DNA from: a virus
Taxonomy: Duplodnaviria > Heunggongvirae > Uroviricota > Caudoviricetes
DNA: 49,292 bases
Virus record (IMG/VR): IMGVR_UViG_3300029288_004479
Strand: one strand, 5' to 3'
A model generated the notes under the pieces. That model saw only the letters and a list, made by a program, of their open reading frames with translations, searched no databases and was not told the DNA's origin. Below are positions 27,001-35,800 of this stretch, piece after piece (within the stretch, counting starts at the first letter, position 1; each line of letters begins with the position of its first letter). Position numbers and translations under genes: made by a program.

Positions 27001-28913
27001 CATCAGAACCCGTAATAGTAAATGGCAAACTGGTCAATGCAGAAAGTTTACAAGTTAATAGATATCGCTACGATATTGCAATAGATGAAAAAGGAAATAA
27101 AGTACCAAAATTCACCGTACTTGAAGAACCCGTTATAGAGGTTCACACGTTCGAGAAATTCCCATCAGTTAAACAAAGTATAACAACCATCGAACTACCC
27201 AATAATAAAAAAATTAATGTAGCAAGTCCAGAATATATGTTAAGGAGTAAATTAGGCGGATCTTTTAAAACAGCATTAATAGAACCAAAAGGAAAAATCC
27301 TGATGGAAGTCAAAAGACTTAAAGATTATCCGGATGTAATATCAAGAACAAGGCAGATATCATCTGATTTATATAAACAGGCCGATGCTTTAGCAAAAAG
27401 TGGGTTAGATGCAAGTAAAATATTAGAAAAAGCAAAATTATATGAGCGACTTTCAAGAACATATACAAATTATTTGTTCTCAAAAGATGTCTTAAAAAGC
27501 AAGATCACCGCAGAAAAACGTGGTGCCAAAGGATATACAGATATTGAATTGCAGAAACTTTTAGATCAATATATCGAAGAAGGAATATTCCCGGAGACCA
27601 CAAAGATATCGACACCAGAATTTAAACAAACAATACGTGAGATCGATCCAGAAATCTTACAAGCGTTATCTTCACCAATACCGGAATATGTTAAGGGGAG
27701 TATAAGTGAAGTTCGTGAAATAAGATCAAAAGTAAATAAACTGGAAAATCCACTTAAAGAGATTAACACAAAAGAAATTACAAGGAAAGTAGAAAATGTC
27801 GCCCAACAATACCAATATTCTGGAAGACGATCAGCAGTTGGAGATATAATTGGATTAAAACCAAAAGCGTACACAAAACCAGAACCCACCCCGGAAACCC
27901 TAGCCGATCTATATCTAACAAAAGCATCAGAAAGAGTATCTCGTACTCCACTCAGAGAAAAAACAATTGATGGAACAAAAAGGATCAGTCCAAGGATGGA
28001 TGATTCTGGTATAGATGAATTAACAGAAGTATCGTCAGATTTTATTACTGTAACAAAAATGCCTACGCAGGATATAAGTATAAAACGGGTATCCTCACTT
28101 ATAAACAAAAAAACAGTTTCCGAGTTAACACCGAGTGGATATTCAACATTATTAACTACCTTAAAAGAAGAAGGTATAACATATCCGGTTACACCAAAAT
28201 ATGCAAAGATGACCGAATATCCTTCAGTTGTTGCAACATATCCAAGAATCAGAGCATATCCGGAAGTTTCTACATCTATACCAATACAAGCATATTCAAC
28301 TCAAGGAGAATACCCCACAACTATAAAATATCCAACACAATTTGAATATGCGAAATATGAACAATATCCCTCAGTTACTAGTTACCCGACTATGGCAACA
28401 CATCAAAAATATCCGGAGTACCTAAAGTATCCCGAGGTAACAACATATCCAGCATATTCAAAGTATCCCGAGGTAACAACGTATCCCGGATATCCTTCAT
28501 ATCCAACAGGAGCACCATATATTAAATATCCAAAATACCCTACATACACCCCGATTATACCATACACTCCAATAACCCCGATTATAACGACAGAACTTAT
28601 TACAACCAAACTCCCAAGAAAAACAAAGATCGAAGTAATCAAACGCAAACGCAAGAAGAAGATGGTTCCGCCAAGACACTGGGAGTATGGCCCCGGAGCG
28701 ACGCCAGCAGAGGTAAGTTCGTTTATCTTCGGAGCTCCGGAAAAACCACGACCTGTTAAAACGAAACCAACCGTTGGAAATATAAATTATACCCCGATCT
28801 CAATATCTGGAATAGAGGCACAGGAAACCAAACCAAAGAAACCCGCTACAAAACCCAAAAAAGCAGTGAAAGAAGAATATAATATAAATAAAGGCAGTGG
28901 GATGTTCACGTAA
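21096..28913 (+). CDS. Giant 2605-aa multidomain protein: low-complexity N-terminus, 39-aa repeats, HNH-like motif, two nucleotidyltransferase-like modules, Tyr/Pro-rich and basic C-terminus
   Basis: IGGS...R.PKDFD + RKL...RRFKDIGD; LSGS...DNDIFI + PEYMLRSKL...RLKDYPD; HH...LTPEEHTNWH. No obvious signal peptide. Confidence 0.85.
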   Translation: MPTFGGFSWSTITSPIQNLVSTVTAPAVSKVSSVVSSAESAAINAANQGTSALSTTIPNVFSQGSSAASSGVQAVQGILVQAGESAGAAAGASASSASEAVRELFKSKTTITPTQKVKTPETITPSEFIQNLQRIIPSAATTAATIAATQPAAAAAKAIQTLQTQGVQAGLQGLQGISGGLQSLSGLVSQQKITPSQIQPRQFIPPTPQIIIPKELESGISKISSTAKELGQTGLSALSSGVAGISSGLSGGITPGLMPGIKGITPQEKKTFIIDGGPVMAPLKQRARDFNPKDYYYDPKSNVYIRSDRGDIVSVQEMRAKLSLPPIAYFPQTPSQVSAGGVFVSGEQTLAAQKKYLESKGKEVSEYKAQSPLTTLLESALQGRLPTEKELIAPSSPVRMIIGGYEPSTETPKTVEQMLQRQTRGGTEGLLDTLSVIPATSIERSVVSGLEKGALPTIERTAGKLAYDVKEIVGTGAAKTGFPQYAISVTEKTTPVAEKVSKALSYDVSQITGTVAGKVGFPKYAVSVMEKTTAPVESVARKVTFDVGELFSGKIAPIIPQKAERLIPTLEKIQAPTAKIIERGITADREKLARVGVTGAGAIAAGSTVMGEGTGGVGFIHPESITETVPLSNKYQLAERGLPPAKDFETGTFIGKGGLPLYSPVPGSATERFAFDEYGKVLGYGGKFEPALSSQGIPHNTKMGNGEYVYVGEYQKPDGEIVSRYINYDVGSYVDFNVEGVYTAKRVGIEGGGSPGAIADIQRPVLGAETITTTTITKEQKQPTGSPFKAAVSALGDIGAYVASPKFATDLSKVTTFEPTKETAKAKAFTPWSDWYLNKNPVISAVGTGMAKLQMASDKTMGFDIARQEDYMKSSQTKSNQAAIEAEDANRNVINLQNQLITEGKLKYNPSDLPENQLVFTDKMTQGDYKKYNDLSSVATTKYNAYTKAASSALADQKKYVEMVQPERESFITSGLLPYERGAIEAQEKLKESAYVKAEELGASPLIPKSVQPYTKAGLEAGVGFVSVLPYLTEVGMAATQIVPLAPSNIELAIRKPGYYAAVIPAALVATGAGLTEQVKKLAAPVTGEEVDRYWGTVGEAGGLVLGRRPAEKGVTTLKLISPIKVEESFLPTGRGIEIKSTPLGRPGEIGGSIVSKIPVVRSVFKEGIKELTTAERKPETVSYTGLYYESPIVGIQKAIGLKPEGYVAPGGLKPIVGYVRPTEGASWFLRPKTEILAEPGKKPMALGEYTPRLTLEREGALYKPKEGALPTFEKTSPVTAGIISESPALAKAAKDISAARSIISPKGKLITGTPYELTQYVEKEGFVPDFASMYVATPLMHELFKKVGVKEAENIYTAQMKQFKNIWQMSSKPEIVRNPYQVLEKTAVIPKQKVIGGVVYPSRIPEGAVSDWSGLPIPKNAKIGEAFHHTAYPDKGVWLTPEEHTNWHNMLEGKYPVDPIFFKKYAITIPKTEPFVEKLTTAERKNTIDDFVSILKKYKDLTIGGSLTEYVQAKKARLPKDFDGYTENHQALATELGMYYKKHYGNENVKINLKSEGSSIDVNIDGKWEKMVDLHHKGFGGQVGTIGRYGVKTEAPITVEGLNFMPLREQRLRKLTATMAVQKTPEGKFFPSAMDTRRFKDIGDVLGSSTSMEATAIQDIFGKRKAAGLAETRTTLEKMIGEEYPITAEQKQTARKRFEAFEPVEPMGTYWRTPLTRRYVTPDIIPRVVAKGAAVAGTAAAAVGGAAIASGVILPALSGAGYTPSEREKELARMGISGVAIAGLTRTEEFGTRRGIRELSKTLNRREINTAVKKGDLDIIINPLEFEGTPLTPIELSKVSPKTQRYISLLERNIIKQGTEISEDLKQNPRFTQKQVTDMKPEGVSQKQWDQTLDALVGLKNNAVLSGSKVGDVFLKKGVGRDVSKSDNDIFIDVSKVDTLQRTLKKIYPAPESSKLKEGNIFIAASDPSEPVIVNGKLVNAESLQVNRYRYDIAIDEKGNKVPKFTVLEEPVIEVHTFEKFPSVKQSITTIELPNNKKINVASPEYMLRSKLGGSFKTALIEPKGKILMEVKRLKDYPDVISRTRQISSDLYKQADALAKSGLDASKILEKAKLYERLSRTYTNYLFSKDVLKSKITAEKRGAKGYTDIELQKLLDQYIEEGIFPETTKISTPEFKQTIREIDPEILQALSSPIPEYVKGSISEVREIRSKVNKLENPLKEINTKEITRKVENVAQQYQYSGRRSAVGDIIGLKPKAYTKPEPTPETLADLYLTKASERVSRTPLREKTIDGTKRISPRMDDSGIDELTEVSSDFITVTKMPTQDISIKRVSSLINKKTVSELTPSGYSTLLTTLKEEGITYPVTPKYAKMTEYPSVVATYPRIRAYPEVSTSIPIQAYSTQGEYPTTIKYPTQFEYAKYEQYPSVTSYPTMATHQKYPEYLKYPEVTTYPAYSKYPEVTTYPGYPSYPTGAPYIKYPKYPTYTPIIPYTPITPIITTELITTKLPRKTKIEVIKRKRKKKMVPPRHWEYGPGATPAEVSSFIFGAPEKPRPVKTKPTVGNINYTPISISGIEAQETKPKKPATKPKKAVKEEYNINKGSGMFT

Positions 28914-28944
28914 GACGAGAACCACTCCCGGTTAGAGGAAAACC

Positions 28945-28975
28945 TTTAAGTACGAATAGGTAGGTTATTACTATT
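28945..28975 (+). promoter_or_regulatory. Promoter TTTAAGTA-N17-ACTATT with BRE-like GAAAACC
   Basis: Exact spacing; AGGAG RBS follows. Confidence 0.7.
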
Positions 28976-28994
28976 AAAAGGAGAGATTACGACA

Positions 28995-29786
28995 ATGGTT
29001 ACGGATAATCGTCAACAAGCCGCCCCGCAGGGTCAACAAATTAGACAATCGCAACAACCACAACAGAGAGGAGTGCCGGTACAGCAGCAACAGCAACAAC
29101 GACCTCCGCAACAACAGAGAAGAGTGCAACAGCAACCTCAGTATCAACCACCCCAACAAAGAGAGGAATATTATGAGGAAGACGATGAGGAGTATGAAGA
29201 CGGATATGATAACTATGAAGAACCAATGGCCCGAATAAGAGCGTCACCACAGGTTCCAGTCTATCAGGGTTTTACTCCGGAGCAGGTTGATATTATCAAA
29301 TGTGTAGAACATATTAATATTATAATAACAGATCCGCGTTCAAAAACACTGTATCCGGCAGTAACATTAGAACGACTTATTAATGCAGAAATTTATTTAC
29401 TGATTATGAGTGGACTTAAAGGGATGCTTGGGGATTATGTAGCAATACCCGTTCAGGAAACCCCGCCACAGCAAGTTTCCCCGCAGGTTCCACAGGTTCA
29501 ACAGCAACCCGTTGTGCACCCGCCGGAAGTAAATGATACCCTAATCCCGGATGCAGAAGAAGTAATTGACATCCCGGATCTTCCGGTAGATCCACAATTC
29601 AAGGATCATAAAACAGATATGGACATGTTATCATCACGTTTAGACGGGATAGATAAAGGTGTAACAGAAAACGCGAAAGAAGAACCGCCAAAAGGTGCAT
29701 TAGCAGGGATAATGGCGAAAATCAGTAAACCAAAAGCGCCAGAAAAAGTAATTAAAAACGCGAATCAACCAGAAAGTATGGGTTAA
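28995..29786 (+). CDS. Low-complexity Gln/Glu/Pro-rich protein with a short central folded segment
   Basis: Poly-Q, YEEDDEEY and PQV tracts around a ~55-aa ordered core. Confidence 0.8.
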   Translation: MVTDNRQQAAPQGQQIRQSQQPQQRGVPVQQQQQQRPPQQQRRVQQQPQYQPPQQREEYYEEDDEEYEDGYDNYEEPMARIRASPQVPVYQGFTPEQVDIIKCVEHINIIITDPRSKTLYPAVTLERLINAEIYLLIMSGLKGMLGDYVAIPVQETPPQQVSPQVPQVQQQPVVHPPEVNDTLIPDAEEVIDIPDLPVDPQFKDHKTDMDMLSSRLDGIDKGVTENAKEEPPKGALAGIMAKISKPKAPEKVIKNANQPESMG

Positions 29787-29851
29787 ATGCCAGTTTAATC
29801 CATACCAAAATCATAAATTTATTTAATATAAAAAGGAAGGTGAGGAAATAA

Positions 29852-30115
29852 ATGACGATTAGTGCAATACCTTATGTAATAATATCATTGGGTGTAATCG
29901 GACTTGTATTGATAATTGCCGGTTATCTCATCGATGCTGCTTTGAACGTAGATAACGAGTTCATGTTAGATCCATCTTTACCCTATTCGCACGAACGTGC
30001 AGTAACGTTGGGGTATCTAGTCATGGCGTTTAAATGGATGGGGATCATCTCAATAATCACGGCAGTGCTGTTCCTCCAGATGAATGCGAATCAGGAATCA
30101 TCTGGGGAGATCTAG
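29852..30115 (+). CDS. Two-TM hairpin protein, possible minor capsid protein
   Basis: Same size and helix-loop-helix layout as the 12591 product; RBS AGGTGAGG. Confidence 0.65.
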   Translation: MTISAIPYVIISLGVIGLVLIIAGYLIDAALNVDNEFMLDPSLPYSHERAVTLGYLVMAFKWMGIISIITAVLFLQMNANQESSGEI

Positions 30116-30120
30116 TTATC

Positions 30121-30429
30121 ATGGCAGAGACGGGATTAACACAAGCATTAGCAATATCAATATCGGGTTTAGTTATATTGGTATTTGATACGGTATTATT
30201 GGGGCAAATAGTTGATCTGTTTGTATACTATGCAAGCACATGGGAATTATATAGCCCGGTAATGCGTTCATGTATGCAAAGCATGATATTGTTCGGGCAA
30301 GCGTTTTATTGGGTAATCTTAATATTAGCAATATGTTTTGTTGTATACCCGGTAATCTACGTAATCAAAAGACACCGGTATATGGACATCGAGACAGCAG
30401 ACGATCAGGCATTAATGCAAAGTTGGTAA
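30121..30429 (+). CDS. Two-TM hairpin protein, possible minor capsid protein; start moved to ATG 30121
   Basis: Two hydrophobic helices. Confidence 0.65.
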   Translation: MAETGLTQALAISISGLVILVFDTVLLGQIVDLFVYYASTWELYSPVMRSCMQSMILFGQAFYWVILILAICFVVYPVIYVIKRHRYMDIETADDQALMQSW

Positions 30430-30453
30430 TTATAGTATAAACATGGAGATAAA

Positions 30454-32226
30454 ATGCCAGACCATACAAAAATTATCATAATTTTAATATCATGTTTACT
30501 GGCAAATATATTTCTTGTAAGTTCCGTATCAGCAGCGGTATATAATTTTCAGAATGCAGGTGATTTCCAGAATCTTGAATGTATCTATAACTTAAGCAGA
30601 CCCGGGTGGGGGGCTAACGGTATCGGTACATGTTCTTGGATAGAGAACGGGAACGGAGGAAATAGTTACGCGTTTCTGGAATCGTATATCACATCGGTAT
30701 GGGGGGGATATTTAGGCGTTCACACATCGTTCCAGAACAAAGCTGGGGCACCAATGTCGTATTGGGCTGGAACCATACTAAACTCGTATGGGACAACCGG
30801 TGGTGCGAATTTTATTGATTTAAATGACGCATCAAACAACACGATGTGGTATTATGTCATATCAGATCAAACTGTCGAGAGTGTGCGGTATGAAGTAATA
30901 ATGAGGAATAATATTGCATATGTATATAAAAACGGTGCACTGGTCGCAAACTCACAAGGATTACAGTATAACCCCTCGTATGTAAAGGTTACCGCATACG
31001 GAGACGGTCAGTCAGGAGAATACAGGATTACAACATGGGACGATATAATTTACGGTAGTGATACCGTGTTAGTTACCGATGTATATGGTGTCCCGGAAAA
31101 CGGCAAATATGTCTTAATTAAAAACATCACAGATCCCAGTAAATACGGACTGTATAATATCTCGAACGGGGCATTAATAAGCAGTACAAATATGACGACA
31201 ACATACAGTTTCGGCCAACCGAACACGTCCCGAACAATCTCATTACAAAACCTGTTTACGGGCATAATCGTGAGCAATTATACCGTCCCGGCAGGAACAT
31301 TAACGGGAACAATATCTTGGCCGTTATATGATGCCTTATTCAACAACCCCTATGCAGGATATGGCTATTACGTTACAACAATAGCAGGTTCGACCGTAAA
31401 ATCAGATCCAATCCCATATGTTGGCACTGAAGCCACCTGTAAATGGAGTCTTAAACAATACACTACATCCGATACCGGTGTGATAACATGGGATATGACA
31501 GGTGTATACGCGCCGTCATTATATACATACAAGATCGCAATTGCAGGATCTTCAAACAATATCATTTCAAACACGACCGTAACTTCAACAACCGGTTCAA
31601 TATCAAAGACATTCGATTCAGATACATACCCACAAGGCCCATATTACGCCGAACTAATTGCAACGCCATTAACGGGCGGTTCAGAAATATTGGTAGCAGC
31701 GGACAATACCTATATTTCTTCATATGTAGCATTTTCAGGATATGTACTCAATGCAGAGAACGTAACGGGAATTGCTGGAGCAACCGTAAATATTACACAA
31801 AGCACAGGGTTAACAACAATAAAAACAACGGATGCAAACGGGTACTGGAACAGTACCGATCCGTGGTTAGTTGGTTCGAGAATTGATATAAACGCATCAA
31901 AAGAGAACTACGTTACCGCGCTCTCAAATTTTACGCCGATAAATGCCAGAACCTTATCGTACAATATAAGTTTAATACCGATTAATGCGGTTTGCAATGG
32001 AGTATGTCTTAACGGAATTGTACACGAATCGATATACTACACACCAATCAGTGGCGCATCTGTTAATATTCGGAATGTAACAACCGGTTTCTCAAATACG
32101 ACAACAACAAACGCAGCCGGATATTATCGGTTTGATAACTTGATCAATAACCAATGGTATCTTATAACAGGTTCGGCGTCAGGATATAATAGCCAGATGG
32201 TACAAGCTCAGATGCACGGGTCGTGA
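30454..32226 (+). CDS. Secreted glycoprotein, paralog family C (copy 1), with C-terminal carboxypeptidase-regulatory-like beta-sandwich repeats
   Basis: Signal peptide, many N-X-S/T sites, G.VLNAE..T.I.GA.V and C.G.CLNG.V...TT.N.AGYYRFD motifs. Confidence 0.85.
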   Translation: MPDHTKIIIILISCLLANIFLVSSVSAAVYNFQNAGDFQNLECIYNLSRPGWGANGIGTCSWIENGNGGNSYAFLESYITSVWGGYLGVHTSFQNKAGAPMSYWAGTILNSYGTTGGANFIDLNDASNNTMWYYVISDQTVESVRYEVIMRNNIAYVYKNGALVANSQGLQYNPSYVKVTAYGDGQSGEYRITTWDDIIYGSDTVLVTDVYGVPENGKYVLIKNITDPSKYGLYNISNGALISSTNMTTTYSFGQPNTSRTISLQNLFTGIIVSNYTVPAGTLTGTISWPLYDALFNNPYAGYGYYVTTIAGSTVKSDPIPYVGTEATCKWSLKQYTTSDTGVITWDMTGVYAPSLYTYKIAIAGSSNNIISNTTVTSTTGSISKTFDSDTYPQGPYYAELIATPLTGGSEILVAADNTYISSYVAFSGYVLNAENVTGIAGATVNITQSTGLTTIKTTDANGYWNSTDPWLVGSRIDINASKENYVTALSNFTPINARTLSYNISLIPINAVCNGVCLNGIVHESIYYTPISGASVNIRNVTTGFSNTTTTNAAGYYRFDNLINNQWYLITGSASGYNSQMVQAQMHGS

Positions 32227-33995
32227 TCCAAATGAAATGGTATTCATATACACTAATATTTTTACTGGTGTGTATTTGTGTGGGGATAGTATCAGCAACA
32301 TCAATAGACCTCCAGAACGCGGACGATTTTAATAACTCTGTTACGTGTATTGTAAATATAGATGCACGACATTCAGGATCTTGTGGGTGGATAGACAGCC
32401 CGGTTGGTGGGAATAGTTATATAAATACATATAGTATCTATAATCACGGATTCCAAAACGGTGGCACTGGCGGATATTCATCGTTTAGAAACAAGTATCC
32501 ACTGGCAATGACGTATTGGGCGGCAAGTGCATTAAGGTTTAACGGATTACATGGACATGATTGGATCGCATTAAAAGATGCAAATCTAAACACACTATAT
32601 ACATTCCAGATAATGCACCCAGACAGTTATACATACTCACCGACAACCGATTATGTATTCCGTTACGAAATCAGGATGAAGGATAATAGAGCGTATTTAT
32701 ACCTTAACGGAACCTTAAACCAAACATCAACCGTATTATCACAAAACCCTTCATATGTGGAAGCAGGAATATATGCAGGTGTTGAAACATTTGATTATGC
32801 AACTACAGATTGGGATGATGTAGTTTATGGAAATACCGCTACCACAATATTAGGAGCACCGAAAATCGGGGCATTCCAAATCCAAAAAGATTCGATCAAC
32901 CCATCGTCATATGGTTTTGCAAAAACGGATGGAACGATAATAAGTGCATTCAATATGACAACAACATATAGTTTTGGTTCAGAAACACCATTACCTCAGA
33001 CAATCTTACTTAAAAATTACTTTACCGGACAGGTAGTTTCGTCATATACTACACCGTCGGGATCAATGACAGGTTCAGTAGCATGGCCGATATATGATGA
33101 CGTAATCAACAATACATTAGCTACGTATGGGTATTATGTCGCAACAATTGCACAAACCAATGTAACTTCCGAACCGATATTATACAACAGTGCTGGAGCA
33201 ACAGTAAGTTGGGATTCAAACTCGTATACTCAAACCGATATCGGAAGAATAAATTGGAATATATCATCAACCCATTATAATCCGAACACATACCTTTACA
33301 CAATATCAATTACTGATATATACGGGAATGTAATCGGGAATAGAACGTTAACATCAAGGGACGGTTCATTAAATGTACCGTTTGACTCAACGAACTACCC
33401 ACAAGGAGTATATCTGGCATTACTCTATTTCACTCCGATAACGGGAGGTAGCAGTATTTTAATGGCAGGTAGCCAGACTGAAATAACGGGATACGTTGCC
33501 TTTTTCGGGTATGTAATGAACGCTGAAACTGCAACGACACTGGCAGGAGTTAATGTTAACGTTACCCAAAACAACGGACTTTCATCAACAATAATCACAA
33601 GTTCAAACGGGTCTTGGTATAGTACAGATCCGTGGTTACTGGGGAAATCTATTAACGTCAGTGTAAACCATTACGGGTATAAACCAACACTTTTTAATTT
33701 CACCCCGATCCATGCCAGAACAATACCTTACAACATCAGTCTAAAACCACTTACGCCTTCATGTAATGGAGTCTGTATATCTGGTATTGTAAGAGATTCC
33801 GCATTTCACGTTCCAATAAGTGGTTCAACAGTATCGATTTCAAATACCACCATTAGTTTTGGAAATACAACAACAACAAACGTCGCAGGATATTACCGGT
33901 TTGACAATCTCATCAATCAATACTGGTATACCCTTACGGGTTCGGCATTTGGGTTTAGCAGCAAGACTGTTCAAGCGGAGGTATTTGGGATATGA
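32223..33995 (+). CDS. Secreted glycoprotein, family C (copy 2)
   Basis: Collinear with copies 1 and 3; GTGA overlap. Confidence 0.85.
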   Translation: MIQMKWYSYTLIFLLVCICVGIVSATSIDLQNADDFNNSVTCIVNIDARHSGSCGWIDSPVGGNSYINTYSIYNHGFQNGGTGGYSSFRNKYPLAMTYWAASALRFNGLHGHDWIALKDANLNTLYTFQIMHPDSYTYSPTTDYVFRYEIRMKDNRAYLYLNGTLNQTSTVLSQNPSYVEAGIYAGVETFDYATTDWDDVVYGNTATTILGAPKIGAFQIQKDSINPSSYGFAKTDGTIISAFNMTTTYSFGSETPLPQTILLKNYFTGQVVSSYTTPSGSMTGSVAWPIYDDVINNTLATYGYYVATIAQTNVTSEPILYNSAGATVSWDSNSYTQTDIGRINWNISSTHYNPNTYLYTISITDIYGNVIGNRTLTSRDGSLNVPFDSTNYPQGVYLALLYFTPITGGSSILMAGSQTEITGYVAFFGYVMNAETATTLAGVNVNVTQNNGLSSTIITSSNGSWYSTDPWLLGKSINVSVNHYGYKPTLFNFTPIHARTIPYNISLKPLTPSCNGVCISGIVRDSAFHVPISGSTVSISNTTISFGNTTTTNVAGYYRFDNLINQYWYTLTGSAFGFSSKTVQAEVFGI

Positions 33996-35797
33996 AGTCA
34001 ATGAATTGTATATACGTAGGTATTTTAGCAGCGGTGTTGATCTGTCTTTATATCCAACCAGTATCAGCAACACAAAACGATTACGATTTCCAGAATCCCG
34101 GAGATTTTATCTCGTATGTTATTTGTAACGTAACGGGATATTCTATGGGTTCATGCACGTACGATCAGAATCTAAATGGCGGGAACAGCGGGGTTCGGAC
34201 AACCGTAGTAGCAGAGGAATATGTGCCCTTTTTCAGTACATTTGCAGGATTTGAAAATTTATACCCCAACCCATATATGACATATTACGCGGTCTCATAT
34301 AAAACAGATTCAGAATGTTCGGATTTACGTATCGCTCAGAATTATATAAGATTACGGGACGCATCGGGATATTATTTCCCCGGAAACATTTTATACACGT
34401 TTTTTATCCCATGTTCAAGCGATCCGGTGGCGGGAAGATATGAACTGTTCGTATATGGGAGCAAAGCATATCTGTATAATAACGGGACGCAGATAATGGT
34501 ATCTGACGACATAAACCAACCCCCGACATATATTGAAGCAGGAATATTTACACAATCGGGAGGATCATTAGGTTCGGGTACAAGCGGGACAACGTTTTGG
34601 GATGATGTTGTGTATGGAGATAACGACGAATTCTCGGCAGGTGTAGTGTTAGGGTCACCCCAATTGGAGGCGTATCAACTCAAAAAGGATTCAGTTAACC
34701 CGGCAGCATCGGGATTTTACTCAGTAAACGGTACAATAATCAGTAACTTCAATATGACAACAACATATAGTTTCCGGTCACCAAACACTCCCAAAACAGT
34801 CTATCTTAAAAACTATGCAGGTTCAATTGTTGGATCGTATACAACACCAGAAGGGAGTATGTTTGGCGAGATCCACTGGCCGATCCAATCCGATATATTT
34901 AACAACACGAATGCAATCTTTGGATATTACGTCACAACCATTCCGGGAACGGTATACAATAATTATTCAGAAACTATCCCTTACGTAGGGTCAGGAGCAA
35001 CAATCGCATGGGGTTCAGATACGTATACAGATACAAATACAGGGACAATAAGTTGGAACGTATCCGAATCATATTGGTATCCATCGACGTATTCATATAA
35101 AGTCTGTGTTGTTAATGGAGCATCAGGTGTCTTCATTCAAAACACTACAGTTACATCACAGACAGGATCAATAAGTATTCCGTTTAGTTCATCAGCCTAC
35201 CCACAAGGTACATATTATGCAGAATTATTCTTCACAACAATAAGTGACAGTTCGGAAATATTTGCCGCACAGGATTCAACGGCAATCTCAAATTACGTTG
35301 GGCTTAACGGATACGTGTTAAATGCCGAGAATATAACCGGGATTTCAGGAGCGACAGTTAACATCACACAAGGTACTGGCGCGTCAGTATACAAAACAAC
35401 AGATTCAACGGGGTATTGGTCTAGTACAGATCCGTGGATTACCGGTGAGATTATGTATGTCACAGCAACGAAATCCGGGTATGACACGTCATATACAAAC
35501 CTCACTCCGGAGACCGCTAAAATAATACCTTATAATATTACAATGATTCCATCGGACTCGGTATGTTTAGGGATCTGTCTTAACGGGATAGTGTACAACA
35601 AATTATATACCACACCATTAGGTGATGCAACGGTAACAATAGTTAACACGTCAACAAATTATACCGCATCAAAAACGACAAACATTGCAGGGTATTATCG
35701 GTTTGATTACCTCACAAATAATATGTGGTATAATATTACGGGGACATCAACAGGGTTCCAACCAGATATGGTTCAAGCGAGAATGAGTGGTACGTGA
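33992..35797 (+). CDS. Secreted glycoprotein, family C (copy 3)
   Basis: Collinear with copies 1 and 2; ATGA overlap. Confidence 0.85.
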   Translation: MKSMNCIYVGILAAVLICLYIQPVSATQNDYDFQNPGDFISYVICNVTGYSMGSCTYDQNLNGGNSGVRTTVVAEEYVPFFSTFAGFENLYPNPYMTYYAVSYKTDSECSDLRIAQNYIRLRDASGYYFPGNILYTFFIPCSSDPVAGRYELFVYGSKAYLYNNGTQIMVSDDINQPPTYIEAGIFTQSGGSLGSGTSGTTFWDDVVYGDNDEFSAGVVLGSPQLEAYQLKKDSVNPAASGFYSVNGTIISNFNMTTTYSFRSPNTPKTVYLKNYAGSIVGSYTTPEGSMFGEIHWPIQSDIFNNTNAIFGYYVTTIPGTVYNNYSETIPYVGSGATIAWGSDTYTDTNTGTISWNVSESYWYPSTYSYKVCVVNGASGVFIQNTTVTSQTGSISIPFSSSAYPQGTYYAELFFTTISDSSEIFAAQDSTAISNYVGLNGYVLNAENITGISGATVNITQGTGASVYKTTDSTGYWSSTDPWITGEIMYVTATKSGYDTSYTNLTPETAKIIPYNITMIPSDSVCLGICLNGIVYNKLYTTPLGDATVTIVNTSTNYTASKTTNIAGYYRFDYLTNNMWYNITGTSTGFQPDMVQARMSGT

Positions 35798-35800
35798 ACG

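Noticed and set aside
21281-28679. Numerous 60-180-aa minus-strand ORFs opposite the giant protein, and similar shadow ORFs elsewhere (e.g. 192-428, 20040-20360, 42649-43080)
   Set aside because: They are antisense shadows of long A-rich coding frames, with no RBS or promoter and no recognisable motifs.
21096-29786. Borg-like element, suggested by giant low-complexity proteins
   Set aside because: The dense perfect tandem-repeat arrays typical of Borgs are not seen; only a few short imperfect repeats are present.
30250-30300. GCCCG/CGGGC stem in the 30121 gene as a BHB intron
   Set aside because: The outer helix and 3-nt bulges do not form, and removal would delete the needed inter-helix loop.
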